Assembly (NCBI GenBank): GCA_951406725.2
Contig: OX597828.1
Span: forward strand, 35,960,001 to 36,024,000
DNA length: 64,000 nucleotides
Direction of reading: 5' to 3'
Source: Octopus vulgaris
Taxonomy: Eukaryota
Shown: in pieces, positions 1 through 13,927 of the stretch
Layout: each line of letters starts with the position of its first letter
How positions within the stretch are numbered: the stretch's first letter is position 1
Program-made: the position numbers and the translations under genes
The notes under the pieces: model-generated
Databases searched by the model: none
What the model was told of the DNA's origin: nothing
What the model saw: the letters and a program-made list of their open reading frames with translations, nothing else

Positions 1-194
1 GACACAGAAACTTAAACCACATTCACACAAATATATCATTTGGGTGGAGATGGGTTAAGTTCATGTAGGTGTGCTTGTGTGTTTACGGTTATATGGGGTG
101 GGGGAGGGGGCATCTTTTTGTTGTCAACCTGGTGATGTAATTAGGTGAAAAATACCTTTCTTTGATAAATAAATTCTACAAATATTTGTCACAA

Positions 195-1250
<1,056 letters not shown>

Positions 1251-1631
1251 GCATACATCCAGACAGATATTTGTTACTAGTTAAAGTGAAAGAGAGTGGG
1301 AAAGAAAGCGAGAGAGAGAGAGAGGGAGAGAGAGAGAGAGCTGAGTGAATAAGTGCAGGTATGAGTGGAGCAGGTGTGTGTGTTTGCCAGTTTTGAGTGT
1401 ACGTTTGCATGTCTAGGTGTACGTGTATATATGTATATTTGTATGTGTGTATGTGTGTTTGGAAAAGGAAGTGAGGATTGTTCGTAAGTGTCAAAGTAGC
1501 AATAAATAATGAACATCTTACTGCTTTATCGTTAGGTGAGGTGTTAAACGGCTCTCACTTGCCTGCAATCATTTGAATATTGTGGTATTGGGGGAAATGT
1601 TTACTGCTCCCACCCCCCACTTCCACAATAA

Positions 1632-1747
1632 ACACCACCACCATCATTTCTACAGTCTCCACCTTCATCACTACAATCACAGATCAACAGAGTCACCATC
1701 ACTACCAACAACAGCATCGATATCACGACTATCCCAACTACTTCAAA

Positions 1748-1780
<33 letters not shown>

Positions 1781-2012
1781 AATCACCAACACCACCACCA
1801 CCATCATCATCATCATTACCACTATCCAGCACTGCCACCCCCACCATCATCATCATCATCACTATCCATCAACACCACCACCACCACCACCACCACCATC
1901 ATCATAATCATCATCATCATTACCACTATCCACCACTGCCACCACTGCCATCATCATCCTCATCACTACTATCGACTAACACCATCACCACCACATCAAC
2001 CACCACCACTGT
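1632..2012. repeat. (CAT)n/(CAC)n trinucleotide low-complexity tract
   Basis: Directly visible. Confidence 0.92.
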
Positions 2013-2406
2013 AATCACTATTACAACAAACCTCTTGAATTCCTTCATCTCTTTCAGGGACATGTTCCATTTCCCTGGAATTCCTTCATCTCTTTTGAGA
2101 AATCTGACTCTCTCTCTGGAATTTCCATCCTTTTTCCAGGAACATGCACTGCCTTATGGAATTTCAGTGCATTTCTCTCTGGAAATCACCCTTCTCTTTG
2201 AAACTTCTATCCACTTACAGTAGAAGTCTCATTCTACTCTGAAACAGTCTTCTTTCTCTGGAACTTGCCTTCTTCACTCACAAACATCCACTCCAACAAG
2301 CTCTCATTCCTCATTCTAACATTCACTCTGCTCTCTGGAGTTCTAAGCACTCCATTCTCAGGAACTACTTTCCACTTGTAGACACTACCATTCCACTCTG
2401 GAACAC

Positions 2407-2463
<57 letters not shown>

Positions 2464-2988
2464 CCTTTCACTCTCTCTCTCTCTTTCACTCCCTCTCTTT
2501 ATCTATCTATCTATCTGTCTTTGGAACTTCCTTGCTTTACTCAGGAACATTCACCATTCATAAGAACTCTCATTCCACATTCTGAAATTCTCACCTCTCT
2601 CTGGAAGTCCCAGTATTCTTGGAACTTTCTCCTCTCTCTAGAACACCTGCCTTTTTTCTGAACTCTCTCCCCTCCCAAGCATTCTCACCTCTCTCTCTCT
2701 CTCTCTTGCTGTCTTTCTGTGTTGTTGTAGCTTGAATGCTTTGATCATATGCCTGCTTGATCAAAGCTGACCGAGGGTTAAACAGCAACAACAACAACAA
2801 CAGACTAAAAGACATTTCAGAACTTGTATCACCAGCTCTATTTTCGAAGTCTATAATTAGAAAAATATTCTCTCAATGACATTCCTTCTCAGACCTACTG
2901 AATCACTTTATACTTACCCACATCACATATGCACACACACGCATATATATATATACACACACAGCGTGAGTATGTGTGTATGTGTCTG

Positions 2989-3019
<31 letters not shown>

Positions 3020-3463
3020 TTTTTTTTTTTTTTCAAACGTGTACAAGTGTACCTATACATACTAAACAGATATATATATATATATACAAAAAATATACTT
3101 AAAGACATGGATACTTTTCTAATTCACATGCATGAATAAATATAAAGAATGTGAATAACTATCTATATGAATGTATGTATAAATGAATGAATGTATGGAT
3201 GTTTGTATGTATATATGGATAGACTGAATGCATGCATGCATGCATGGGTGGACACATGCATGTATTCTATATTTTCCCAGGTATTCTCATATTCAGACAC
3301 TTACTTATATAATCATACACAACAATATACTTACAAACATGCATTATTTTCTAGGTTTAATACCGAATGAGACTATGTATATTATGAATTTATACGTGCA
3401 TGTGTATATTTGTGTTAATATATATAAAGAAAATTATGAGTTGCTTTAATGAATACCATACCT

Positions 3464-3965
3464 AAGGCAGCGAGCTGGCAGAAACGTTAGCATGCCATAC
3501 AAAATGCTTAGTGGTATTTTGTCTGCAGTTATGTTTTGAGTTCAAATTCTGCCAAGGTTGACTTTACCTTTCATCCTTTGGGGGTTGATTAAATAAGTAC
3601 CAGTTATGCACTGAGGTAGATGTAATCAACTTAACCCCTTTGTCTGTCCTTGTTTGTCCCCTCTATGTTTAGCCCCCTGTGGGCAATAAAGAAATAAATA
3701 CTTAGCAGTATTTCGTCTTCAAATTCTGCCAAGGTCGACTTAACCTTTCGTCCTTTCGGGGTCAATTAAATAAGTATTAGTTATGCACCGGGGTTGATGT
3801 AATCAACTTAATCCCCTTGTCTGTCCTTGTTTGTCCCCTCTATGTTTAGCCCCCTGTGAGCAATAAAGAAATAAATGCTTAGCAGTATTTCATCTGTCTT
3901 TATGTTCTGAATTCAAATTCCACCAAGGTCAACTTTGCCTTTTATCCTTTTGGGGGTCGATAAAT
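3464..3965 (+). mobile_element. tRNA-headed SINE family A, internally multimerised (about 3 bodies)
   Basis: Head ggcagcgagctggcagaaacgttagc, B-box gagttcaaattc; body gactttacctttcatcctttggggg...aagtaccag recurs at ~3720 and ~3910. Confidence 0.85.
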
Positions 3966-4261
3966 TATATATATATATGTATAGCAGAGATAACCCAATG
4001 CTTATCAGTAAATATAAACCTTCTTTTAATGTATCAATATTTTTCTTTTATTCTTTTGCCTGTTTCAGTCATTTGACTGCGTCCATGCTGGAGCACTGCC
4101 TTTAGTCAAACAAATCAACCCCAGGACTTATTCTTTGTAAGCCTAGTACTTATTCTATTGGTTTCTTTTGTTGAACCGATAATTTACAGGGGATGTAAGC
4201 ACACCAACATCGGTTGTCAAGTGATGGTGAATGGACAAAAACAGACACAAAGACACACATG

Positions 4262-4820
4262 TAAAAAATTAAGATGGAGAAGAGCAAATTTCAGCAGTCA
4301 GTTTAATATATTCATTCAATCCATTTCAAATTAACAAAATTCACCACAATATACATAGATGCGTTCACATATATGAGACAGGATAAAAATTTATAAGAAT
4401 TTTAAAAAATATATAAGCATACAAAAATTTATAAATGTATAAAAATTCATAATCATATCAAGAATTTATAAACAGTGACTCGATCAATTCCTAGGGATAA
4501 CTGAAGAAGGAATTTTTATTCCAAAATATCATAAATTACAACAGTTATTATAGTCCATTGTTTTTATTATAATGTATTGTTGTTCCATTCAAGACACATA
4601 TTTTACAAATAATACACAATGCTTCAAGCAAACTACAATACTCCCATATAAAAATTTATAAATATATATATACCTGTATGTACTTGCGAAGTTTGAATAT
4701 CTGTATTAGAATCAATGAAGAGGGAAGATGAGAAAGTTAATCCTGAATAAGTACAAAGTCTTACAGCCGCTTCAAGAAGATATAGGTTGGTATGGGCGAG
4801 CTAACTCCAACCATAGCATA
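4262..4820. mobile_element. Degenerate Penelope-like fragments with hammerhead remnants
   Basis: ctgaaga-aggaat-tttt-attcc-aaaa at ~4501-4526 (+); gaagcggctgtaagact at ~4757-4773 (-). Confidence 0.45.
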
Positions 4821-5121
4821 TATACATATATATATATATGGAGCATATAATAACAAATTTTTAGGTTGTCATGTTTCATATATTTATATATATATTTTTA
4901 ATACAATACTATTTTAGATATATATATTTTAGACATATATTTTGATTGATATTGAATTTCATGCTATTATTTCGAAATACAGTACATAAAATCACTTGTA
5001 TTAATGTCTAAATACTTTACAGTATTAATATTTTTTACATTTTTTACAAAGAGCACTTATTATAAATTCAGTGTATAATATTCTAACAGAATATATTTAA
5101 TTAATGAAACATTTATTAATT

Positions 5122-5560
5122 TAGGTAGTGGGTAGCGATTTTCTTCACTACTTCAGGGAGTGACGACCCTGCGTGACATGAGTCCCAGGCTCAGCTGGCT
5201 CCGAGTGACAGTACCCAGTATGGGCCCCTATCCAGGGTTACGGAAAGGAGACAGCCTTGAAAGAAATCCGGAGTGGAGCCCCATAGGTAGTTTAGTGTTT
5301 GACTCGACATTCTTCCGACAGCTCCTGCAACCAAGCTGGTGCCAAACATAATGCTCTGCACTCCTTTGGACTATGTCTGCAAGGTCGAGAGAGGAATCCT
5401 GACGATTGGACTACCCAAGATTTTCTTACATCTAGCCCAGGCCTGCACAAAACTGGAGAGGAAACTGGAGAGGACATGAAATGTAAAAACCAGACTGGAT
5501 TAGATTATGTGCGACTCCATTGTCTCCCAAGACAAAAGGATGCCAACAACGATGAAACAT
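5122..5560 (+). mobile_element. Element resembling an RTE-LINE 5'UTR
   Basis: GC-rich island with ggagtggagcccc, gctcctgcaaccaagctggtgccaaac and gcccaggcctgc blocks that I recall from RTE 5'UTRs; similar to the SINE-C body in this window. Confidence 0.55.
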
Positions 5561-5567
5561 ATATGGA

Positions 5568-5629
<62 letters not shown>

Positions 5630-6194
5630 GGCAGGTTTCTTTCAGTTTCCGTCTACTAAATCCACTCACAAGGCTTTGGTCGGACTGAGGCTATAGTAGA
5701 AGACACATGCCCAAGGTGCCACACAATGGGACTGAACCCAGGACCATGTGATTGGTAAGCAAGCTACTTACCACACTGCTGTTTATTTTAGATAGAAGTT
5801 TCAACATGTTTAAAGAGAAATAGTAAAATACTGACAAATTTTCAAGAAGTTAGTACTAAATATAAAAAAAATAATAAAAGACAGGATTTTGAACCAACAC
5901 CAACAGCATCGAATCCTCGTTGTACAGGCATTAACTGAAATGGTTTGGGCTTATAGTGAGCATGTGTGGGTCATACTATCGTCGTGGAATCCTCAGTTAG
6001 TTACACTATGATCATCACCTAGAGGAAGGACCAAAGAATAGATTCAAAGACAAACTGAAGGCCACCTTAAAGAGAAGCAACATTAATTCTTCAAGTGTAG
6101 ACATCATATTTTATCAATGAAAGGTAAAGTCGGTCTTGATGGAATTGGTCTGGCATGCTAACAATTCTGCCAGCTCACCACTTTAGTAAGAATA

Positions 6195-6415
6195 ATAATC
6201 CTTTCTACTCAAGGCACAAGGCCTGAAATTTTGGGGGAGGGGGTCTAGTCAATTACATCAACCCCTGTGTCTCACTGGTACTTAATTTATCAACTCCGAA
6301 AGGATAAAAGGCAAAGTCAACCTCGGTGGAATTTGAACTCAGAGTGTATGGACAAACGAAATGCCGCTAAGCATTTTGCCCGGTGTGCTAATGGTTCTGC
6401 CAGTTCGGTGCCTTA
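6195..6415 (-). mobile_element. SINE family A
   Basis: Reverse complement of the family A head and body; followed by (AAT)n at 6414-6598. Confidence 0.85.
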
Positions 6416-6430
6416 ATAATAATAATAATA

Positions 6431-6463
<33 letters not shown>

Positions 6464-6483
6464 TAATAATAATAATAATAATA

Positions 6484-6546
<63 letters not shown>

Positions 6547-6565
6547 TAATAATAATAATAATAAC

Positions 6566-6597
<32 letters not shown>

Positions 6598-6598
<1 letters not shown>

Positions 6599-7520
6599 CC
6601 TTTCTGCTATAGGTACAAGGCCTGAAATTTGTGGGGTGGGGACTAGTCGATTACATCAACCCCCAGAACTCAACTGGTACTTAATTTATTGACCTTGAAA
6701 GGATGAAAGGTAAAGTCGACCTCAATGGAATTTGAACTCAGAACATAGTGACAGGCGAAATACAGCAGAGCATTTCATCTTTGCATGCTAACAAAATCCT
6801 GCCAGTTAGCTGCCATGAATAATAATAATGATGATGATGATGATGATGATGGTTTCATATTTTGACACAAGGCCTGCAATTTGGGGGGAGGGGTTAAGTT
6901 GATTACATTGACAGGCGAAATACAGCAGAGCATTTCATCTTTGCATGCTAACAAAATCCTGCCAGTTAGCTGCCATGAATAATAATAATGATGATGATGA
7001 TGATGATGATGGTTTCATATTTTGACACAAGGCCTGCAATTTGGGGGGAGGGGTTAAGTTGATTACATTGACCCCAGAAATACAGCTGAGCATTTCATCT
7101 TTGCATGCTAACAAAATCCTGCCAGTTAGCTGCCATGAATAATAATAATGATGATGATGATGATGATGGTTTCATATTTTGGCACAAGGCCTGCAATTTT
7201 GAGGGAGGGGTTAAGTTGATTACATTGACCCCAGAAATACAGCTGAGCATTTCATCTTTGCATGCTAACAATCCTGCCAGTTAGCTGTCATGAATAATAA
7301 TAATGATGATGATGATGATGATGGTTTCATATTTTGGCACAAGGCCTGCAATTTTGGGGGTTAAGGGGTTAAGTTGATTACATCGACCCCCAGTAGTGAA
7401 CCAGTACTTATTTTATAAACTCTGAAAGGATAAAAGGTAAAGTCCATCTCGGTGGAATTTGAACTGAGAACATAAAGACGGACAAAACGCTGCTTAGAAT
7501 TTTGCGCAGCGTGCTAACGA
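6598..7520 (-). repeat. Tandem array of ~160-bp units (x4) built from the junction of two SINE-A copies
   Basis: Unit gaaatacagc...gccatgaat(aat)(gat)n ggtttcatattttg...gattacattgac starts near 6757, 6917, 7077 and 7234. Confidence 0.88.
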
Positions 7521-8108
7521 TTCTGCCAGTTTGTCGCCTTAATCTTGATAGTTCAAGAAACAAATGATGTCAAACATGCAATATTTAGTATAAGAAGGTG
7601 TAAGGCAAAAATAGATTACGAAAGAATTACAAAAATTTCACAATTGACACATATTTCTGTCTTTCTCAAATTGTTTTTTGTTTTTTTTTTCTTTTACGAC
7701 AGGTAATGGGTGGATACATGAGTGGATGAGTTCGCTGGGTGGAAGGGTGGATAGGTGGGTCAGGACACTCTTTTTTTTTTTATTGTTGTTGTTTCTGCGT
7801 ATTTGTTGTTTTCAAGAGGGACAAAATTGAACAAGTCATGCGTATCAAGTTATGTGTCATCGTGTTGTTTGTGCAGACAAATGTAGTGATTAAGACATAT
7901 AAAACTGGGCGGTGTAACATTGGCGGAATATACTCCTTGCTTTTATTGGTGTTGTTGTTGTTGTTGTTGTAGTTCAATGTTATTACAAATACATTGTTGT
8001 TTTTAACTCTTGGTTCTGATGGTGGTGGTGGTGGTGACATGAATGTAGGCTGGGTGATATAAATGCAGATGCCACTAAGAGTAAATATATCCATACATAT
8101 ATATATAC

Positions 8109-8207
<99 letters not shown>

Positions 8208-8253
8208 TATATATGTATATGTGTGTGTATATATATATATATATATAAATATA

Positions 8254-8386
8254 CAGGGTGTTCAAAAAGTCTCTCCGCAGTGAATTTTTGTAAAGTCTAA
8301 TATATTCTTTTGTAGTCTTATACTATCTTAAGAATATTTATCTTACAATGAAATACTTACTATGGAGAGACTTTCTGAACACCCTG
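8254..8386. mobile_element. Tc1/mariner-type MITE, 133 bp
   Basis: TIRs cagggtgttcaaaaagtctctccgcagt / actatggagagactttctgaacaccctg with TA on both sides. Confidence 0.88.
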
Positions 8387-8398
8387 TATGTATGTATG

Positions 8399-8487
<89 letters not shown>

Positions 8488-8489
<2 letters not shown>

Positions 8490-8748
8490 TCGTTGCTATC
8501 ATGTTAAACTGTAAATTGTCATATGTCCAAATTTGGCCAAATGCATTTTTTTTCAATATATATTTTTGTTTGCAATAGCCAGTTCTTTTGGTCAAACTAT
8601 CATATCTCCAGCTCCTTCATGTACGAAGATGTCAAAAATTGTCAAAATGCAGTACAACGATTTTGCTATGGAATGGTAAAACTATTTTTTTGTTTTCTGA
8701 AAAAGCAACATTTTGGACTTACAACACTTTTTCATAATAGCGACAATA
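8488..8748. mobile_element. Probable MITE inserted in (TA)n
   Basis: Imperfect terminal inverted repeats atcgttgctatcatg / cataatagcgacaat. Confidence 0.5.
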
Positions 8749-8754
8749 TATATA

Positions 8755-8950
8755 TTGAAAAGTAGATTGTACGATGCCTGTGTGCAAACTGCCATGCTTC
8801 ACGGTAGTGAAACATGGGCTATGACTGCAGAGGACATGCGTAGTCTTGAAAGAAATGAAGCTAGCATGATCCACTGGATGTGTAATGTCAGAGTGCACAT
8901 GCAACAGAGTGTAAGTGCCCTGAGTGAAATGTTGGACATAAGAAGCATTG
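8755..8950 (+). pseudogene. RTE LINE ORF2 C-terminal fragment
   Basis: KSRLYDACVQTAMLHGSETWAMTAEDMRSLERNEASM is nearly identical to the LINE peptide at 32125-32240. Confidence 0.9.
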
Positions 8951-9045
8951 TGAATGGATTTGGTAAACAGAAACTGAAAGAAGCCTGTTGTGTATGTGTG
9001 TATAAATGTGTGTGTGTATATATATATATGTGTGTGTGTATATAT

Positions 9046-9367
9046 AAAGACCCCCTTCGGTCATGAATGACCATGGGATTGCACCTAGAAAGTTACCCTC
9101 CTAGACACAAGTCCGGGCAAGGTTGTTTATGGAAGACCAGCAGTCGCCCATGCATACCAGCCTCCCCTCTCCACGCCACCAGTGTTATCCAAGGGAAAGA
9201 CAGAGGTCGATACAGCTTGGCACCTATGACGTCGCAACTCATTTCTACAGCTGAGTGAACTGGAGCAACATGAAATAAAGTGCCTTGCTCAAGAACACAA
9301 CACGCAGCCCGGTCCGGGATTCGAGCTCACAACCTCACGATCGTAAGCTCGACGCTCTAACCACTGA

Positions 9368-9372
<5 letters not shown>
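9046..9372 (-). mobile_element. tRNA-headed SINE family C nested in a SINE-B (8950-9665)
   Basis: Reverse complement of the copy at 52383-52718; A-box tggctcagtgg, B-box-like gagctcgaatccc. Confidence 0.87.
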
Positions 9373-9410
<38 letters not shown>

Positions 9411-9993
9411 ATGTGTGTGTGTGTATATATATGTGTGTGTATATATATATATTTATGTGTGTCTTTGTGCTTGTGTTTTTCCCCCCAACATCACTTGACA
9501 ACCGATGTTGGTGTGTTTACATCCCTGTGACTTAGCAATTCAGCAAAAGAGACCATTAGAATAAGTACTAGGCTTAGACAGAATAAAACTTGGGGTCGAT
9601 TCGTTCAACTAAAGGTGGAACTCCAGCATGGCCGCAGTCAAATGACCAAAACAAGTAAAAGAATATATATATACACACACACATACATACATACATACAC
9701 ACATACACACACACATTGAGTCACTCGGTTGCTTTGCTTCTGCTAAATATTAATAAAAATATACGTATACTCATATTTTGAGTTCTCTTTTTCCTGATTG
9801 CATCACCAAACCTATATATGGATATATATACCATCATCATCATCCTCATTTAGTATCTGCTTTCTATGATGGCATGGGTTAGATGGTTTGACTGAAACTG
9901 GTAAGCTAGGAAGGTTCCAGTCTGATTTGGCATGGTTTCAACAGCTGGATGCACTTCCTAATGCCAACCAATATATATATATATATATATATA

Positions 9994-10178
9994 GGCGTAG
10001 GAGTGGCTGTGTAGGCATAGGAGTGGCTGTGTGGTAAGTAACTTGCTTACGAACCACATGGTTCCAGGTTCAGTCCCACTGCGTGGCACCTTGGGCAAGT
10101 GTCTTCTACTATAGCCTTGGGCCAATCAAAGCCTTGTGAGTGGATTTGGTAGACAGAAACTGAAAGAAGCCTGTTGTA

Positions 10179-10218
<40 letters not shown>

Positions 10219-10299
10219 TATATACATATATATATGTATATATTTATACATATATATATATCATCATCATCGTTTAACGTCCGATGATGATGATATATG

Positions 10300-10359
<60 letters not shown>

Positions 10360-10457
10360 TATATGTATATATTTATACATATATATATGTATATATTTAT
10401 ACATATATCATCATCATCGTTTAACGTCCGATGATGATGATATATGTATAAATATAT

Positions 10458-10515
<58 letters not shown>

Positions 10516-10720
10516 GTATGTATATATATGTATATATATATGTGTGTGTGTATGTATATGTGTGTGTATAAGTTTGTGTCAGTGTTTGTCCCCCCCCCCC
10601 CAACATCACTTGACAACTGATGCTGGTATGTTTACATCCCCGTAACTTAGCGGTTCAGCAAAAGAGACCAATAGAATGAGTACTAGGCTTACAAAGAATA
10701 AGTCCTGGAGTCGATTTGCA
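9994..10720 (+). mobile_element. SINE family B with expanded internal microsatellite
   Basis: ggcgtaggagtggctgtgtggtaag...ccttgggcaagtgtc; 3' half at 10570-10720. Confidence 0.85.
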
Positions 10721-11114
10721 AGTAAAGAAAAGAGAAGAGAAGAGAAGAGATATGTAGTCAATCTATTCTCTTCTCTCTATCTACTTACCCCTACCAGTAC
10801 ACTCTCAAAATTCCATTCACATCACAAGATCCCCTTGAATGAACAGCACATGGAATTTATGTCTCCACACCATCCACTTGTAATAACAAAACATTGAACT
10901 CAAATCAGAATCTACACACCATGGACAAGAAGCATTTCTACCCATTCTACACAGCTCTTTCCTTGGATAATGGAACTGCAACTGTAACATCCTACATATA
11001 TTTCTATTTTTATTTTTATTCTATTATTTCCCTTTATGCTTCCTACATCCATCCTTTTCCAAAATAACTCCTTATATTGAACTCTACTATTTCCCTTTAT
11101 TTAACCATCTCACA

Positions 11115-11166
11115 TAGTCTCTGATGAAGGGATGTCCCTAATATCCCAGAAACAACTGTAAGACTA
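11115..11166 (+). ncRNA. Minimal type I hammerhead ribozyme motif
   Basis: tagtct-CTGATGA-a-gggat(loop)atccc-a-GAAA-caactg-TA-agacta; stem I tagtct/agacta, GUA cleavage triplet. Confidence 0.75.
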
Positions 11167-11380
11167 CCTTTCTCTTTATAAATATCCTCTAAATTCCACA
11201 CAGCCTTGGTTTTGTGGTCTCATTTTATTTAACATATACATGCTTGTACAAGACCTGCATTAGACTCCTCACTCATATTATTATCGAACCAAGAGTCTAA
11301 CTATGGTCCTCCCATAGCACTTACATAGCCTTACCTGCCATCTTGGGTCTTCTCCATACCATTACCTCTTATATATATAT

Positions 11381-11443
<63 letters not shown>

Positions 11444-11454
11444 TAGATAGATAG

Positions 11455-11738
11455 ATATATTAAAAATGGGGAGGGCCAGTTTATGGGATTACCTTAGGGT
11501 TCCTGTCTATAAAGGGTTTAGCTTTATGGCATATTATCAGATCATCAGATCCCAAAACCTGTTGGCCCACAACCTCTAAGACTACAGGTTTTGAGATCTG
11601 ATGATATGCCATAAAGATAAACCCTTTATGGACGGCAAACCTAAGGTAATCCCATAAACTGGCCCTCCCCATTTTAATATATACTGCTCTACATCTTAGA
11701 GTGAGCTTCTTCTTTCAGATTTATGTTTTTTAAAAACA

Positions 11739-11740
<2 letters not shown>
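11455..11740. mobile_element. Inverted-repeat (fold-back) element with a degenerate hammerhead in each arm
   Basis: ~105-bp arms at 11455-11562 / 11584-11682; tgagat-CTGATGA...ccataaag/ctttatgg...cAAAC-ctaag-GTA-atccca at 11592-11654. Confidence 0.75.
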
Positions 11741-11771
<31 letters not shown>

Positions 11772-11774
<3 letters not shown>

Positions 11775-11905
11775 TTGAAATTTATAGAAAAACAAAAGAT
11801 GAAGACAGATGTAGCAACAACAAACAAGTGTATTAGTTTGATACTCGGGAAAAATACATTTCGAGCCTACGCTCTTCATCAGAAAGGAATAAGAGGAAAT
11901 GAATA
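11772..11905 (-). mobile_element. Penelope-like fragment with hammerhead core (same family as 19650-19830)
   Basis: Reverse complement CTGATGA-a-gagc-gtag-gctc-GAAA-tg-TA at 11855-11882; 3' strand of stem I missing. Confidence 0.65.
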
Positions 11906-12156
11906 GCCCACATTGTATGGACTAATGATCAATTTCTGTCTACTAAATCCACTCACAAGGCATTGGTTGGCCCAGGGTTATAGCAAAATATACTTGCTCA
12001 AGGTGCTACACAGTGGGACTAAACCACACAGTTGGGAAGCAAGATTATTAAACACACAGCCATCCCTGTACACACACAGACAAAGACTCAGACAGATGCA
12101 TACACATATATATCCACACATATACATCGCTATGTTTGTCTATCTATCTATCTAGA

Positions 12157-12222
<66 letters not shown>

Positions 12223-12849
12223 AGCATGTGTGTGTATGTGTAAATACGTGTGTGTGCAATTTGGAGGGGAGCATGGACAATTTGGGCCACAGTCAAAATG
12301 ATGGGTGAGGAGTGTAGTCAATTTGGGTGGAAAGTATAGAATATTTGACAAAGAGTATTATCATTTCAGGTGAGAAAATATGCAGTCAATTGAAACAGCC
12401 CCAGAACAATAGTTAGATCATATTTCCTCAACCACAGAATGATAAATGATAGAGTTCACTTCAGCGCAGAGTTTGAAATCTAGATACAAAGGGAGATAAA
12501 TATATATATATGTATGACAAAGCTTTTTTTTTTCCTTTCACTACAGCATTCCTGCCAATCCCTATAAAGAATCAATACAATTGATTGTGAATTTAATATG
12601 CTGAGAAGAGTTAGAGTATTGCAAAGACATTAGTGTGGGAAAACGGATATATGATTGGTGAGAAAGACAAACAATTTCACTAAATAAATCGTGATAAAGT
12701 TGACCTTGGTAAAAAGCTTACAATCAAAAGTCATCGTTTGAGTGACTTAAACCTTCAAGCCAGGTTCAATTCCTGGTTATAACAACTTCACTAAATTTAC
12801 ATTACTAATGCATTGGGTTGAAATTTGATATTGTTGTTGTTTGTTCTTT

Positions 12850-13135
12850 CTTGAGCCATGCCTGGCTCATAAGGGCCAATTTTCCCGGTTTCATTGGTAT
12901 ATAAGTCCCCCACCTGGACAGAATGCTGGTCCATCACAGGTAGGCTGCTAGATGCAGGAAGAAAAAGTGAGAGAAAGTTGTGGCAAAAGAATCAGCAGAG
13001 GTTTGCCATTACCTTCTACTGAAGCCATGTAGAGCTTAGGTGCTTTGCACACAAAACCCACACATCGCCCAGTCTGAGATTCGAACCCATGATCCCTCGA
13101 CCGCAGCTCTAACCACTAGGCATGTGACTCCACGG
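12850..13135 (-). mobile_element. SINE family D-like copy
   Basis: Reverse complement of tRNA head and gagagaaagttgtggc...gagcttaggtg shared with 26268-26575 and 52908-53297. Confidence 0.7.
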
Positions 13136-13329
13136 GTTAAAATTTAAATGTTACAAATCATCATCCAGCCCATAATTATTTGTTTCCTAAAGCCATTAAT
13201 TAAGAAAATTAAGTTTAAGTTCATCGACCCCCCCCCCCCACAAGGATGACAGGCAAAGTTTATCTCAGTCACTGTCATACTCATCCATTGAACTGGTGCT
13301 AAATTCTGGCTTTTAATATGCAAGGAGAC

Positions 13330-13600
13330 AACATGAAGCAGGTTTTAGTATTATTCTGACCTCATCAGTGAAGCATAATTAATGCTAACTTGTCTTTTGC
13401 TTATCATCTCTAAATCATACACTTTCTAAACATTTTATTGATGTTCTCCAATAAATGTACAGTCTTCTCAATTACTTAGTCATTCTCTAATCACTATATT
13501 TGAAAGTACAATGAAATTTAGGCTTCACTGATGAGGTCAGAATATGTCTCAAACATGTCCAGAATTGAGTAAGAAACAAATCTGTCCACCATCAACCTGC
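13330..13600. mobile_element. Degenerate inverted element with hammerhead remnant
   Basis: Exact 23-bp inverted pair at 13352-13374 / 13522-13544; CTGATGA...aaa-catg-TC at 13528-13559 (G12 missing). Confidence 0.55.
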
Positions 13601-13739
13601 TCCTCAGGTATGATGCCAGTTTTCAATGTCTCATGCACTCAGCTATTTTTTTAGCTCTTTGCAGACGTTCAATAACAACAACAACATCAACAATAACAGC
13701 AATAATAATCTTTTCTACTATTGGCACAGGCCAGAAATT

Positions 13740-13799
<60 letters not shown>

Positions 13800-13927
13800 G
13801 TAATAATAATAATGCCCTGATACAGTACCAGGCACTGGCTCTCATAGCTTCTGATCTTAACTGATTGGAAGTGTTAACATGATGTATGTATTTCGTCTTG
13901 GTGTAAAAGATGGGCTAAAGCAAATAT

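Larger units (their letters stand above)
4030..5778 (-). mobile_element. SINE family B (CORE-like) split by insertions into its internal microsatellite
   Basis: 3' half at 4030-4260 and 5' half at 5628-5778 match the reverse complement of the intact copy at 14850-15256. Confidence 0.8.

Noticed and set aside
10745-10990. GIY-YIG endonuclease remnant upstream of the 11115 hammerhead
   Set aside because: Only a GIY tripeptide and a Cys are visible; too decayed to support without a search
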